In this document: positions 36,901-49,500 of the stretch, in pieces
Position numbering within the stretch: the first letter of the stretch is position 1
Layout of the letters: every line of letters starts with the position of its first letter
Assembly (NCBI GenBank): GCA_036172245.1
Contig: JAYWIR010000010.1
Coordinates: forward strand, 2,728,001 to 2,792,000
From: Raillietiella orientalis
Taxonomy: Eukaryota
Direction: 5' to 3'
DNA: 64,000 nucleotides
Notes under the pieces: generated by a model
Databases searched by the model: none
Seen by the model: the letters and a program-made list of their open reading frames with translations, nothing else
What the model was told of the DNA's origin: nothing
Made by a program: the position numbers and the translations under genes

Positions 36901-39001
36901 GTTCCTTGCCACAAAACTTGATTCGATCGCCTATTTTAGGCCGAGGTGACTCATCCTCACCAAAACATTACGCACTGATTCTTCTCTGTTCTCAAGAAAG
37001 CAGTCGAAAATCTGAATGTAAGTCTCAGCTGACGAATTGCACCACATTTCCCTTCTTTGAATCCAGACTCGGGCATTACCTCGGCGGAATTTTCACAACT
37101 TTCGAAATACTGGACACAGATTTCCCATTGACGGATCACAGTTGCTGACTTCAGAAACATTCTCCCGTACGGTGACCTCCTATTATGCTTGGGAATGTTT
37201 GTTTCCCCAGGATCTACGCTACATCAGGGGTTTAATTTCCGGTTCTTTCCTTTCATTTGTTTCCCAATCAAACTGCAATGATAAGAATTTCACTCATGAA
37301 GGCATGTTCCACTGATTGTAATGCTCAAAAAAAAATAAAAAGTTTCTCTTTCTTCGTGGAGACCACAAATCTACATGACAAGCTGTGCCCAGTTCTCTCA
37401 CACAGAGCACGCAAATCGACTTTTCTGATGACTCGACGGTTGGACGTACATTGACGGCACAAATCAAGCAATGACTTCGTCCATGTTTCTTCTAACAGTG
37501 TATACGCATTCTGAGACTCGGAGCTTCAAAGTACTGGACCGAGAACTGTGAAAAGGTTTCTCATCAGACGGCAATCCCATTCTGAGCACTTCAGCGTCTC
37601 TCTTGGTGCAGGTAGCATGCATCTTTCATTCGGACGAGATCGGCAGTGAGAGAAGCCAGCAGCATTTTCACTGGGAACATTTCGAGTTGATGGACGCAAG
37701 ATCTGTACTTCTTGCACTTGGCTCAACATGTAATCACTGGATAATTCACACTTTCATGCCTTTCACTACCAGTGCCTCCATAATTAGAAAGAAGGCCGGA
37801 GAGAAAAGGCCATAAACGTCTTCTCCTGCTGCCTAGCACAATGGTTAAGAACGATGGTGTGTCTTTTTGCGTTTCGTTCCCCACTATACACTCGGTTTTG
37901 ACGTTCTTCCTCTTTCCCCCTTCGTAATCGACAGTGCCCCCCTTCTATGACCAGAAACTCATCGAGCGGCCTCAAGTTTTCTTGAACCTGCACTTGCAGA
38001 TATCGAGCACAAGGTAGTGACCATTTTTCCTGTCTTCTTGACAATTTTATATTCAATGACAGGATAAATATAATCACATAAACACGAACACCAAAAATGG
38101 AACATACGTATATAAAAAACATTGCCCACCTCCGCCTTGCCTCCGTTGCTTTAGAAGAGGAAGACCGCGGAACAGAATTTGTATCGTATGCTGCTACTCT
38201 TGGGAGCATTTTATGCTGCTTCCAAGAATCGTCCAAGAGATATACTAGTTTGAAAGTCCTATATCATAAAAACTATCTGCATCTTGACCTTATGTTTGCA
38301 TAAAAAGAATGCCGCTACAAATAATAACTCTTGCAGGATTTCAGTGGGTCCACTGAAAGTCTTCAACACTAATCTCTGTTCGTCTGGAAGATTCCTGATA
38401 ACGAGAAAAATAAGATACGCATCAGCTTCGGGGGAAAGGAGGGAATTAGTTTTGAAGGACGGCGATCTCCGAAATGAACACACATCAAGATCATTATTCC
38501 CACACAGCTACAGAAATCGTTGACTACCTTTTGTTGGTACCTTTTGGTTCTGCACGTAAACTAGCATGATTGAGCATGATTGCAACCGGGGACCAAGAAG
38601 ACAAGGGTTAAGATTAATTCTGTTTCTTCGCTGTCAGCAAAAGACTACCCAGTTAAGTTGGGAGCGAATCAGATCAGCATAATTACCCATTTCTTTTTCG
38701 TCTCTCAGATGGCTGCAGAGATCCCTAATTATATATATAAAAAAAAACAATCAAAATCGAAAACGCAACTGTCTTCTGCGTTAGAGAATGAGCTTCTGAA
38801 GAACAGAAAGACAATCGAAAAAATGGGTAAGGTGCCGCGGCAAGGCAGAAGAAACTGCCAAACGAAACTGAGAATCGAGCTTTCAAGGCGAACTTAATGA
38901 TCATTACGCTTTCCTCCATCATCAACTCTTTGGACCTCCTGACCAGAAGATTAACTACACACTCCGTCGAATAGCCTTTTCTATCGGAAATGCAAAAAAA
39001 A

Positions 39002-39032
<31 letters not shown>

Positions 39033-39585
39033 GAGAAGGAATGATAAAGTGTTATTATTGTGTTCAATATTTCTTTGGGAACTGAATTTAAAGGAAACCA
39101 TCCCAAGGAGTGGAATCTTCAACTGCGACACTGGACCACAGACAAGAGAGAGAGAAACGCAGCACACCGAGTGAAGTACCATAGAACGACAATAACAGAA
39201 ACCGGTAGTACACAGAAAACCGGTACTAAATGCAAGAAATTCCGAATTCGAAGATAAAGCAATCAAGTGATGCGCAATTCACGTTGCTATGAGTTACGGA
39301 AACACTGCGCCTCTCCCTGGAAAGTCCCGACTCGGATCGAGTCAGCAGGAAGCAAACGCCCGCGCAGCACAACACACCTACAAACATAGGGAATGTTTTC
39401 AAACAACGTGTTTTCTCAAAGGGTGGTCAGTCCCCAACTTGGGCAGTTTCGGATGGCACGTATCAGCGAGAAATTTCAAAAGGCAATATCTACCCTGCAG
39501 GATATGCAACAACCCCTGAGCACGGATCGCAGGCGAGTGTAGCATTCGAAGAAACTGTCAATCCGAGCACACGTTCCAACTTGAT
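27986..39585 (-). CDS. WDR62: WDR62 / MAPKBP1 family WD40-repeat JNK scaffold; at least 15 exons, at least 1324 aa; 5' end incomplete
   Basis: Phase-consistent GT-AG exons in transcript order: 39585-39494 ([31 protein letters not shown]), 33863-33650, 32477-32262 ([33 protein letters not shown]), 32090-31908 ([20 protein letters not shown]), 31854-31558, 31515-31312 ([19 protein letters not shown]), 31261-30354 ([39 protein letters not shown]), 30309-30023, 29973-29900, 29847-29384, 29340-29118, 29066-28991, 28821-28726, 28674-28595, 28546-27986. Total 3975 nt with no stops, ending in the family C-terminal helix [16 protein letters not shown]. The low-complexity 3' exons are less certain than the WD40 exons. 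The gene is co-orthologous to vertebrate WDR62 and MAPKBP1. Confidence 0.93.
28080..28085 (+). promoter_or_regulatory. Candidate KPTN polyadenylation signal (AATAAA), antisense within the last WDR62 coding exon
   Basis: First AATAAA after the KPTN stop codon, about 130 nt downstream. Confidence 0.5.
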
Positions 39586-40023
39586 CTGGAAGCAGAAGAG
39601 AAAGATGACAACAAACAGAGATGCAACTGTTATGATAACACCGATAAGTTGAAACACCGTTAACATTCGTATACGCGTGCAACGCGAAGGACACCTTCTT
39701 CCGCGCTTAGACGAGGGAACATACGTGGATAACACAATCGTATTTATAAAAGACATAAAATGTATCTTGAACGTTACAGCGGCCGGAGAGTCGTTTATCA
39801 CGGTAAAACAAAAACAAAAAGGAAAATTATATTTTAAAATTTGGTTGATATTAAATCAATGCACAGAATTCTACGGTTTGCGCTCTATCATTCTCGCTGT
39901 TGAAAAGTGCTGCTTTATTCCCGTTGTGCTATCCTTTTTATTCACGAAAATGTAGATGAAATAGAATCCAATCTCCTTAAACCACGAGCTCGTATTCTTT
40001 TTAAAATGATCTGAACACTATAC

Positions 40024-40100
40024 CGCAAGATTAAAATTCATCTCCAGCGTCGTGCGGAGTACTGTACCACGCTGGAGATAAAATTTTAATTTTTACTGCG
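40024..40100. other. About 77-nt imperfect hairpin (pre-miRNA-sized, or a palindromic element remnant)
   Basis: attaaaatt.atctccagcgt pairs with acgctggagat.aattttaat. Inner gtgcgg/ctgtac can pair using G-U; outer cgca pairs with tgcg. Confidence 0.6.
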
Positions 40101-41005
40101 TTATGCAAGGACTGCCGCAATTTTTACATCGTGCTATACGAGGGTGTACTGCATATATGTGTATATACACATATGTAGGTATAAACTATCAATATTTTCA
40201 AGGCTATTCCAAAATTTCTGAACTGATAAGTCAGGTACATACCAACACGCAACGAATGCACAGATACCCTATGCATATGTTTTACATATAACACTCACAT
40301 CCACACAGACCAGAAAAGAGAAAAACATGAGGAGGAGTTTGATAATGATCACAAAGATTCGTCTTCCAATCACACAACTCTTTATCGAAATGCCCGAAAA
40401 ACTCGTCAGCTGCGTACGCAAATATGGGAAATGATCCAATCGCCCCCCCCCCCCCAAAGAAAGCTTATGATCACAAATCAAACGATTACAGAATAAAGTG
40501 TACGATGTTCAGTGCTGATGAACGACAAAACAAAACATTTCACGTAACTTTCACAATAATCTTAACGCGAGCACCTAACTGTACTGCAAATTACAATGTA
40601 CTCATTTTTTAATAACTCATTGCAGAAATTCCTTTCCCTCCTCATTTTTTGAAGCAACCACTGATCGGTTTGAGGAGTTGTTTACCACAGAGAACACGCA
40701 TTTGGGTCCATTCAGCTCTTCCGTCGCGAGGATCTCTCCTACAATGACGTCAGGAATTTGAGTTCAGATGAGTGGCCGACTTCCCGGCACTTCATCCAAA
40801 CTTCACCGTGCAATTCGTCAATCAGATATAAACTCTCCACATCCAACCGAAAGGAACGATCTCGGACACGGAAGTGTTTCGAAGTGTTTCCAGAACACTT
40901 TGAAATCATTGGGCCGAGAGGCGACCCAAACAAAAATGATGCTCGGTAAACTTGAATTGGGGTCTCCGCTTTCGTTAACTCGCATTAACGACAGGAAGTT
41001 CCTAC

Positions 41006-41036
41006 CTTATCCATGAATATCCAGTAATCCGCCCAG
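41006..41036 (-). CDS. Candidate upstream 31-nt WDR62 exon supplying the start codon ([11 protein letters not shown])
   Basis: Acceptor cccttttgcttccgtgttag; exon ends ATG GAT AAG|gtagg in phase 0, matching the phase-0 acceptor at 39585. No homology support. Confidence 0.4.
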
Positions 41037-41473
41037 CTAACACGGAAGCAAAAGGGGAATGCTACACATTTCTATTAGAGGCGTTCACTAGTTGGCGGTA
41101 TAGAGCAATACAACAAGCACAACTGCTCGGATGCGGGAATAACCCCTCGAGGCAGATCGATGTGCTAAGAAAGCAAAACTCACTAACCGCAGCGTTTCCT
41201 CGGAGGACCGAACCATTTTCACATCTGCACATCCCCATTAAGAGTGAGACCAAAAGTCACTGGGATAAGAGGTAACCGAGAACACGAACGAGACAAGTGT
41301 TCCTTTCAAGGGCGAATTCGCTTGGAAACGTTTTTACCAGCTAGAAATGTACACGATCGCTTTCCTATCCGTTCGGTCATTGGATCGTCTTTTGAACTGT
41401 GTTACTTGCTGTACAAATGGACGCAATCTCCTTTGTAATCACTATTCTTGCTGAGAAAAGGAAGGGACGGAGG

Positions 41474-41498
41474 ATAATAATAATAATAATAATAATAA
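41474..41498. repeat. (AAT)8 microsatellite
   Basis: ataataataataataataataataa read directly from the sequence. Confidence 0.85.
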
Positions 41499-44400
41499 AA
41501 AATCACATGAGCCTGCATCGGAAAAAAAAAAAAAAAAAAAAAAACACACGGAAAGCCCAGCGTGGCGGATCAGAAGATTTTGTAAACTTCCTTTCATCGG
41601 GTACAACTGACCAAGGCAGGTTCCGATCCACGTACTTTCAGAAATTCCAACTTCGCTGACCTTCCCGATACGGATTTCGTTTGTGTACAATTTGTGAACG
41701 CCCACTGTGCGTCGATGTGTGTTGTAAACACACATCGACACACATGATGGAAAGGAACGTGGGCAAGGATTCTTTGGTGCGGACCCCTGGGCAAAAAACT
41801 GGAAGTGCGATTTCCAGGAAATCATCCCTGCGGCCGATTCACTCGGCAAAGCGCGGGTCACACAACATTGGAGGGAAGACTGAATGTTGCGTTCGACGTG
41901 CAGCAATGAAACATTCGTTAGGCAGAGGGATTATGCAAACACAAAATCAAATGAAAAGATGACACACGAAGATACGGCCACGCAAGGACAATACCGGCAA
42001 TAAGGACAGCTCGGAATCCGAACGATGCGCGTAAAAGATTTACGAGCACAAAACAACGGCACGTCGATGCTTATACGGTAAGTCACAGAGTGTTTGCAAA
42101 GCACTTTATCCCCGTCTTAAGTCCTTCACGGGTCTGCAGATGGTTTTTACAGTTACAGTAACGGGAAAAACGGGAAACCATGGTTTTGATGAATTGAAGA
42201 AGGAAAAACCTGGGATCGATTCAACGGAACCGAATTTTTAAATCTAGAGAGATCAATGTTTAGACATTGAATGACACTAAAATTACTATTTTATGCTATT
42301 TTTTTTTTTTTTTTTTGAAACGCAAAAGTATTCGGAGATTCGAAACAAATTCGGGACCCCCCCCCCCCGCCGATACTTTTCTCAGAGCAAGTGATATTAC
42401 CTTCAACAGTAAAGTCGCCTCTCAGAACTGATTAAAAACACAAGAGTTCCAAATAAGAAACAGCTTATGGAGCAAAATACACGACAAACACGATTTCCAT
42501 AAAAAATAGGCCCAAATAACCTTAACGCTAAAAGTAGCGAAAAGTCGCGTTCAATTTTCCCACTTGCAACACGGATTTTCGTTACATTTCATGAGAGGGC
42601 GAAATGTTCGTGGGAACGAAAAATCAAATTCATCCTCTCCAGAAAGTAGGGCAGCTAGTTGGCTACCTACTACCCCACACCCACCCAGGTCCGATGATTG
42701 GGACACCGCTAAGCTCCCGCGCCTCGCCATGCTTTCAAAGGAAATCACGAACACACAAACTGATTCCAGACAGGGACTCCATTACGCCCGACTTCTATAT
42801 TAACGAATACGCTCCTTTCCAAATCATCAACGAAGAAGGTTGTGAGCCAGCACTTGACTCGCGCTCCTGAACGATACGGCTTTTATGAAAAGGAAGGGGG
42901 GGGGGAGGAGGGAGAAGAGTGACCATTCGCCCCTGACGACCATGTCGGTCCACATGCTTGTAAGATGTTCGACGCCTCCCAGTGATGTCAAGCGAGAAGT
43001 GTCTCCGCAAACACCCCGAACCATTTTCAAATGTTTACTCGGATGAAACGACAGCCCTACCGAAAAAACTTGGGCCCCATTGTTCCTCCTCCACCGTACG
43101 TGATTTCCCGGAAATGATCGACACTGTACGCAATGACCGTTATTCGCAATATTGCCAAACTTTCTTGTCAGCCACCATTGTCTGCCGATCTTAAACGATC
43201 CTCTCCAAGTTGGATCACAATGGTGCTGCACCCGCCTGAAAAAGGCTCCGAAAGAAAAAAAAAGAAAAAAAGAAAAAAGATACGTTCAAAGAACTGACCA
43301 ATTAAACACAAATGGGCATCCGTTAGACGACATCCTGATCGGCAAAATGGAAATGCCAACCGAAATACTGGGAGTGGAGATACCGATGAGAAACGAAATT
43401 GCAGCTTCCGTGCCGAAAAGCATACGGGTACGGAAAAACGCAGCAGCATTTCGCAAACACTTCACCTCATCTAAAACTACGGGACGAAGTTGGGTTCCCA
43501 ATGATCTCGAAGCTGTTTCAGCAACACACTGAAATTCACAAGCGATGAAGCAAAGCCAGAGGTATTCCAGAGGTATTCGCCCCTTGATCTTATTCACATT
43601 CATTAGTCCCGGCTACCGGATGTGAAAGGATTCTTAACGATCGTACTGACCGCAAACGAAAGATCCCTCATGATCATCGTTTCACGGCAACCCCTCCTCA
43701 GCTAATTAAGTATACACTCATTTGCGGCACGCAGTTGACCGATCGCTCTGAATTCGAGATCGAAGCGATGTTTTGAAATTTCAAGGCTCCTAATGGCAGC
43801 CCACCGAGGACGTCTTCCGGAAGCATCCATTGGAGTCATCAAACAGTCAACATTTCGAATCGGTGAGACGTTCCAGTTCCTTGACACCCCTTCACTTCTC
43901 ACCATGGAGACGGCTTTTCGAAATCAGCCCGAGTTCGACTTTGCCGGAGACGACGAGCCACTCGACGGCACACGCACTTTGTGATGGACACCGCACGGGG
44001 CGCAGGGAGCAACTTGTTGAGCAGCTGAGCACGCATCCTCCCCCCCCCTCCACACACACACACTAATAGCTCAATATATAATTCGCCTAATTGCTATCGG
44101 TTCGAGTTCCCTGGGATCCTCGTCTCTGTCTCTCAGCTTCCGATCTTAATTTCCACCCAACTCTAGAGTTCTGCTCGGCTGAACTGCGGTGTGCTGGACA
44201 CGAGTCGAGGTTCGAATTTTTACGAACTTCTTCGAATCAACAAGAAGCACCATTTCCCCGGTTTGAGCCATAAAACGGAAAGGCAATTAAGTGAAAGTAT
44301 AATGTCTCATAGTAACGTCGGAGCCAAGGTGGACTTGGAAGATCGCGTCGCAAAGAAACACACATCCAGTAGCTCGGACCGCTGTCCACTTTGCGCAGAA

Positions 44401-45061
44401 TTTTAACAGCCAGAAGTTCTGCATAGAAAAGCACATCTCTCGCTGGCAACACGATTCGGCTACAGATGTGCAGGAGGAGCAATCCGCAAACGAGAGTTCG
44501 CAGCTTTTTTGCAGGTCACCGAAGAATACTAGAAGAATCCTTTCTTGGTAACACCGAAGAAAACGCAAAGAGTGATGCTGAAATGCGGACTGAATTAAAG
44601 AATTTATGTGTTTACTTTATGACTACGGAGGCGCTCCATGTACCCAAAGCTTACGTTTCCTTCCTATATCATTTGCAATATATTAATTCCTACACTATGT
44701 ACATTTTCAAATTTATACAAATACAGCAGGAACCATTCTGTGATATTTTGTATTGCATTCAAAAAGGCCCACTTTACTAAAAATAACAGTCACTCTTAAT
44801 TTACTTCTCACTTGATTAACCCTATTTTACATGCTATTTTTAACCGAAATAATCTTGAAACATCTTATTATGTACATGTATTTTATTCTTAAGGGAACGT
44901 ACTTTTATCAACAGCAGCTTCTGCTACTTCTTTCCCAAAATAATATCACTTTCTCTCGAAACAGCCTACTGACACACTGTGCTCAAGGCAATGTCGAATT
45001 TCCTCATTTGTACACTCCAAATGGCTAAGCTGACATTGTAATGCTTCTTTCGAACTTAAGC

Positions 45062-45554
45062 GTACGGAAAATGCTTCTGGGTTTGAAACGAACGAGTTAG
45101 CCGGGAATCCTGCCTTGCATCTTCTTCCTCCGGCCACCTTAGCAACATCACCATCAGCGAATCCTTCAGCCCACGCAACGCTTCATCCCTGGTGCACGCA
45201 CCCCCACTTTTTTTCTTTGGCTCGAAAAGAGGATGCTTCTCTTCCAACAGACTCCCGAAAGCATTCAAACCTGCGAAACTCTTCATCCTCCCTGAAAGGT
45301 GAATCCTCATTTCATCTTCCCACACCCTTGTTTCACACAACCAAGCTTTGCCTGTCGCTGCGCCAATAGTGTTCTTCTAAAATGCCTTTCACCGCCACGT
45401 TCTGACGTGCGCCACGTATGAATGGAAAATTCGCAGGCGGAAAGACTATGAGGATCGATTCGTGGTGATGTTGCCAAGGTGGTCGGAGGAAGAAGATGCA
45501 AGGCAGGATTCCCGGCTAACTCGTTCGTTTCAAACCCAGAAGCATTTTCCGCAC
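45062..45554. mobile_element. Foldback / MITE-like non-autonomous element with 92-bp inverted arms
   Basis: 45062-45153 is the reverse complement of 45463-45554 with 3 mismatches, around a non-coding spacer of about 310 bp. No clear target-site duplication, so the inverted repeat is certain but the transposon call is inference. Confidence 0.7.
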
Positions 45555-47894
45555 AATCCGATCAGCCCAACGCATGCGATCTTTCAGATGTTCTGCCCAA
45601 CAACTTATTTGGTGTAGGAGCACCGACGCAGAATCACTTGGAAACGGAACAGCTCATCCTTTTGGGATTTCACGTGTCGGCCGGCACACGAACAGCACTC
45701 CTGCTTTTCCCACATATGGTTCCCACTCGGAAAATCAAGCTGAGCCTTACTTTTGCACGTGTAGAGGGATGTGCGCATTTCTAAAGTCTACTTCAGTCAT
45801 TCGTAGAGCACCCTTGGCTTTACGCTTAAAGAACACACCGTGCTGTGTGACATGCACTGGTGATTGAAATCCAGTATCAGAACGGAACGGGTGCAGGGAC
45901 AGTGGCCGTAAAGATTTATGCGGGAAAACTGGTACTGATTTCTCTGCATCGGATTGTTTTTCCTCCTCCGGAAATCTCCTCCCAGAGATCAAATGATTGT
46001 TAAAGAAATTCTTCTCAAACTTTAAAACGCATCACACGTGAATCAATGAATGGCTTACATATCAAGAGAATCAATAGTGTCGATGCTGTCGACGGTACTA
46101 AATCTTGAAACACTTTGGTGTTTCATGGATCCTCCGCCGCTACTGTACAACAAACGAAAACCCATAAAACCACGACCATAAAATGCAACCAAATCATCAT
46201 TACTGGAATTATAACCTCTTCATGGATCAGGAACGAGAAACTCGAGATTTCAAATAAATTTGTATACAGCTGAAAATCCTGGTACGAGTTCCACTTCACA
46301 GATACTACTACTGCGAGCAGCTTCTGCGAGCTGGACCACTCGTTTCACATCGGAATCGAGTGGAATTTTTTTCACCGGAAATGGTGGAATATCACTTTAA
46401 CCGTTACTGTCGTCAAATTGCTGGTCACGTTTCTTTCTGATTGGCCTGCAAAGTTTAAACATGCATCCAATATGAATATAATTTTTAGAATTATGTATTA
46501 GTAATCTTTAGCACATTATGATGGAATGAATACATTCGCCGTGACTGCTTCATTCGAATTGACAGCAAAATTATAACAAGGGACTGCATGTCATCACCGA
46601 TGCTTGGAAATGATTTCGTGGAATGGAGGAATGAAGGAATTCGTGGAAAGAAAGGGAATTCGCGAAGGAAATGTGGAATTCGTGGACTTCCCCCCCCGAT
46701 ATTCGTTAACAGTTTCCTGCATCCATCGTTTGTTTTCCTTTTCGTTGGAATATACCGGGATCGCAAATCCGTCTCGAAAACGTTCGCCATGATCTCTCTC
46801 CACCAGACAAAAGTACAAAGCCTCGCAAGACTTTCCAGATGCACCTGGAAAAGTGGTGTTGCTCTCCGAGCACAGCTTCCCAAGTGTGCACTTTGTCCCA
46901 CATGAAGGTTATGACACACGCGAGAGCGGGATGAATGGCTCGTGCAGTGCACCCTCTATGGGCGAAACACTGAACTAACCGAGAAACCAGCCAAAAAAAA
47001 TGAAAAAAAAAAAAAAAAATAATGCGGCCAATTCAAAAAGAATTCGAATACACTAAATACACTCCGGACGCTTCTAAGCATCTTCTATACCTCCAAGATG
47101 CGTGGATTGGGAAGATAAAATTGGCAACGGTACGTGTGCATAATCAAGTTGAACCAACTAAATTTCTCTGACGAAAACGCACGCCTAGCCGGATTCGAAT
47201 ATGGTTACAGAGTGCAGGCATACAAATTAAATATTCTGCCATATGTGATAGGAGATCGGTGCGATTGGGATGCAAGGAGAAAATTTAGCTAATGATGAAT
47301 GGAGAAACAAAGCTGCCGAGTGAACTTTTCCCGGATGCAGGGAATAAAGTAGTAGGCACCCACATCACCGTACAGATTTCATGTCAACTTAATTTTGCCA
47401 ATCACAATTTATCAGGCAATATGCCTGCCTGGTCATCCACACGAACAGTTGTTTGCTAACTGTTTTTGTCGCTCCTGGCTGCATATGTTGGTTTTCCTCC
47501 TCCGTTATCTCGATTTTACAAGTAATCAAACACTAAGCATAAACAAGGATCATGAATTGCTTAAGAATTAAGACAAGCTGAGCAGCTGTTTAACTGGGAA
47601 AATTGATGAAACGCGAAAACTGCTTGCTGGAAGTTACGAATATCCATCAAATTCAAAAAGATGGTCCAAGTACAAACGAAAATTAATGTTAATATTCATA
47701 GACCAATCATAATGTAGGTCCAGTAAAATTTATTAAATATAAAATTTACTAATAACAAAACCCCAGAATGATTTCTTGAATTCAAAAAGCAGAATTTTTG
47801 CTCCAAAAACAAGATAAAGATGATTAGTATTGGTATGAAAACAAAGTTTGGGATTCATAAAATAATAATGGGGCACATAATGTCTTATTTTTAT

Positions 47895-47958
47895 TTATGT
47901 AGTGTGCATAAATGATTATGATTAAATGATTATTTAAAAAATGATGCACACTACATAA
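47895..47958. other. Hairpin with a perfect 15-bp stem and a 34-nt AT-rich loop
   Basis: ttatgtagtgtgcat (47895-47909) is the exact reverse complement of atgcacactacataa (47944-47958). Confidence 0.7.
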
Positions 47959-49500
47959 CAGCATTCACTGGATATAAACACAGTCATACTGATTTCTTTC
48001 TAATACATCAACAGACTACATAATACTAATCAGAACATCTGCATTCAGGAACTTTGAAAGCTCACCTAAAACAATTGCTGCAAACATTTTGCTATTTTTA
48101 TGCTCAACTTGTAACAAAATGAACAAAAATAATAGACATTCAAACAGAACTGTTTTGTCAACCTTTGAATTATACTGGTATAACACTAGCTCCTATGTAC
48201 TCAATACTGAACTTGAATCCAGAAAAAACAAAAAAACACAGTACATTCAGTCAACTAAAGATCATTAATTTGAAGTCTGAAAATCTGGTGAGCTTAAATT
48301 ACTTCCAAGTTTTATATGACAATTTCTGAAAACGGAAATGCTTCCTGCACTGCGACCATTAGAGGAAAAAAAGAGAAAAATTTTGTATATGTCATGCTAA
48401 GATACCTACAAACTCAGATTATTGAGCTACAAACATGGGATGCTAATAAATTCAAATCCCCTAAAACAAAATTGCTGTACAAAAGCTGCATACATACATA
48501 ATCATTATCCTCATTACAAACCAAAAATCTCAACAAACAGAACTGCAATAAGTTCTAGGAAAATCCTAATCTCGGTATAATATTTTTAAAATAATGTTAG
48601 CAAACAATTCCAAACACTCTGCTATGCTACCTGGTATTTGATCATCGGGCCACAAGTTTGTGTATGCAACATGGCCATGAAGTCAAATTGCACCATCAGA
48701 TGAACCAAACAAAAACATAACCCATTATACGTTGGTTATACTGCGTGCTCTCGATGGGTGAAAATTATGATTATGTTGACAAATTATTGGGAACATGCAG
48801 ACAAAAGTCTACACCGTTAATACTGAACGATTGGCACTTTGATTATTCAAAAGGAAAAAAATTACTTGACCTGGAAATTACGATTTACAAAGGGAAACGT
48901 ACACCACGAAAATTTTCATAAATGAAATACAGGAAATAAATAAGATGCACGATTCAAAAAACTGAGAAACCCACTTCGAACACATGCTGCTAGCAGAAAA
49001 TTGCAAGTCAGCGACAGCACTGACTTGGGCAAATCCTTTGACTTAAATCCTAAGGTTTCTCAGGGAAGTGTGCTGTTCCTCCCCCCGAAACCGTTTCTTG
49101 CAGCAATTACACGGATCATATTGAACGAAGGGGTTAATCCCATCAATTTTTGGATGCAAAACTTTTATTAGGAAACGCTCCTCCATATTGAATGCTTTCA
49201 AACCTGCATGACAAACTGCATGCAGGCATTTTTATCCTCCCCCCCCCCCAAAGCATTGCTCCAAATGTCTACTATTTTCACACATTGGATTTCATTTCAT
49301 CACACGGCTGCGCTTTTTTTTTTTTTTGCCTCCCCCCCCCCCTACCTTTTTGGTATGAGGCTGCCTGTCCTGTTCACGTTTTAGAGTTGCTGATCGGAGA
49401 GCATCTTTGCTTCTGGCTTGTTTATCCATCAAAATGGGATCACACGAATTCACGACACACGCAGTCCGCACCGCATACCGAGCATTTTCGCAATCGCGCA

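Noticed and set aside
46612..46690. Repeated ggaattcg(t/c)g motif as a heat-shock element
   Set aside because: Spacing does not give three contiguous alternating nGAAn units; more likely a decayed ~20-bp tandem repeat.
47180..47220. tRNA T-arm-like string (ttcgaatccggctagg) on the minus strand
   Set aside because: No D arm, anticodon arm or acceptor stem can be formed.
48989..49027. Helitron 3' end (8-bp hairpin caagtcag/ctgacttg followed by CTAG on the minus strand)
   Set aside because: CTAG is followed by C rather than the expected T, and no 5' TC end or Rep/helicase remnant was found.
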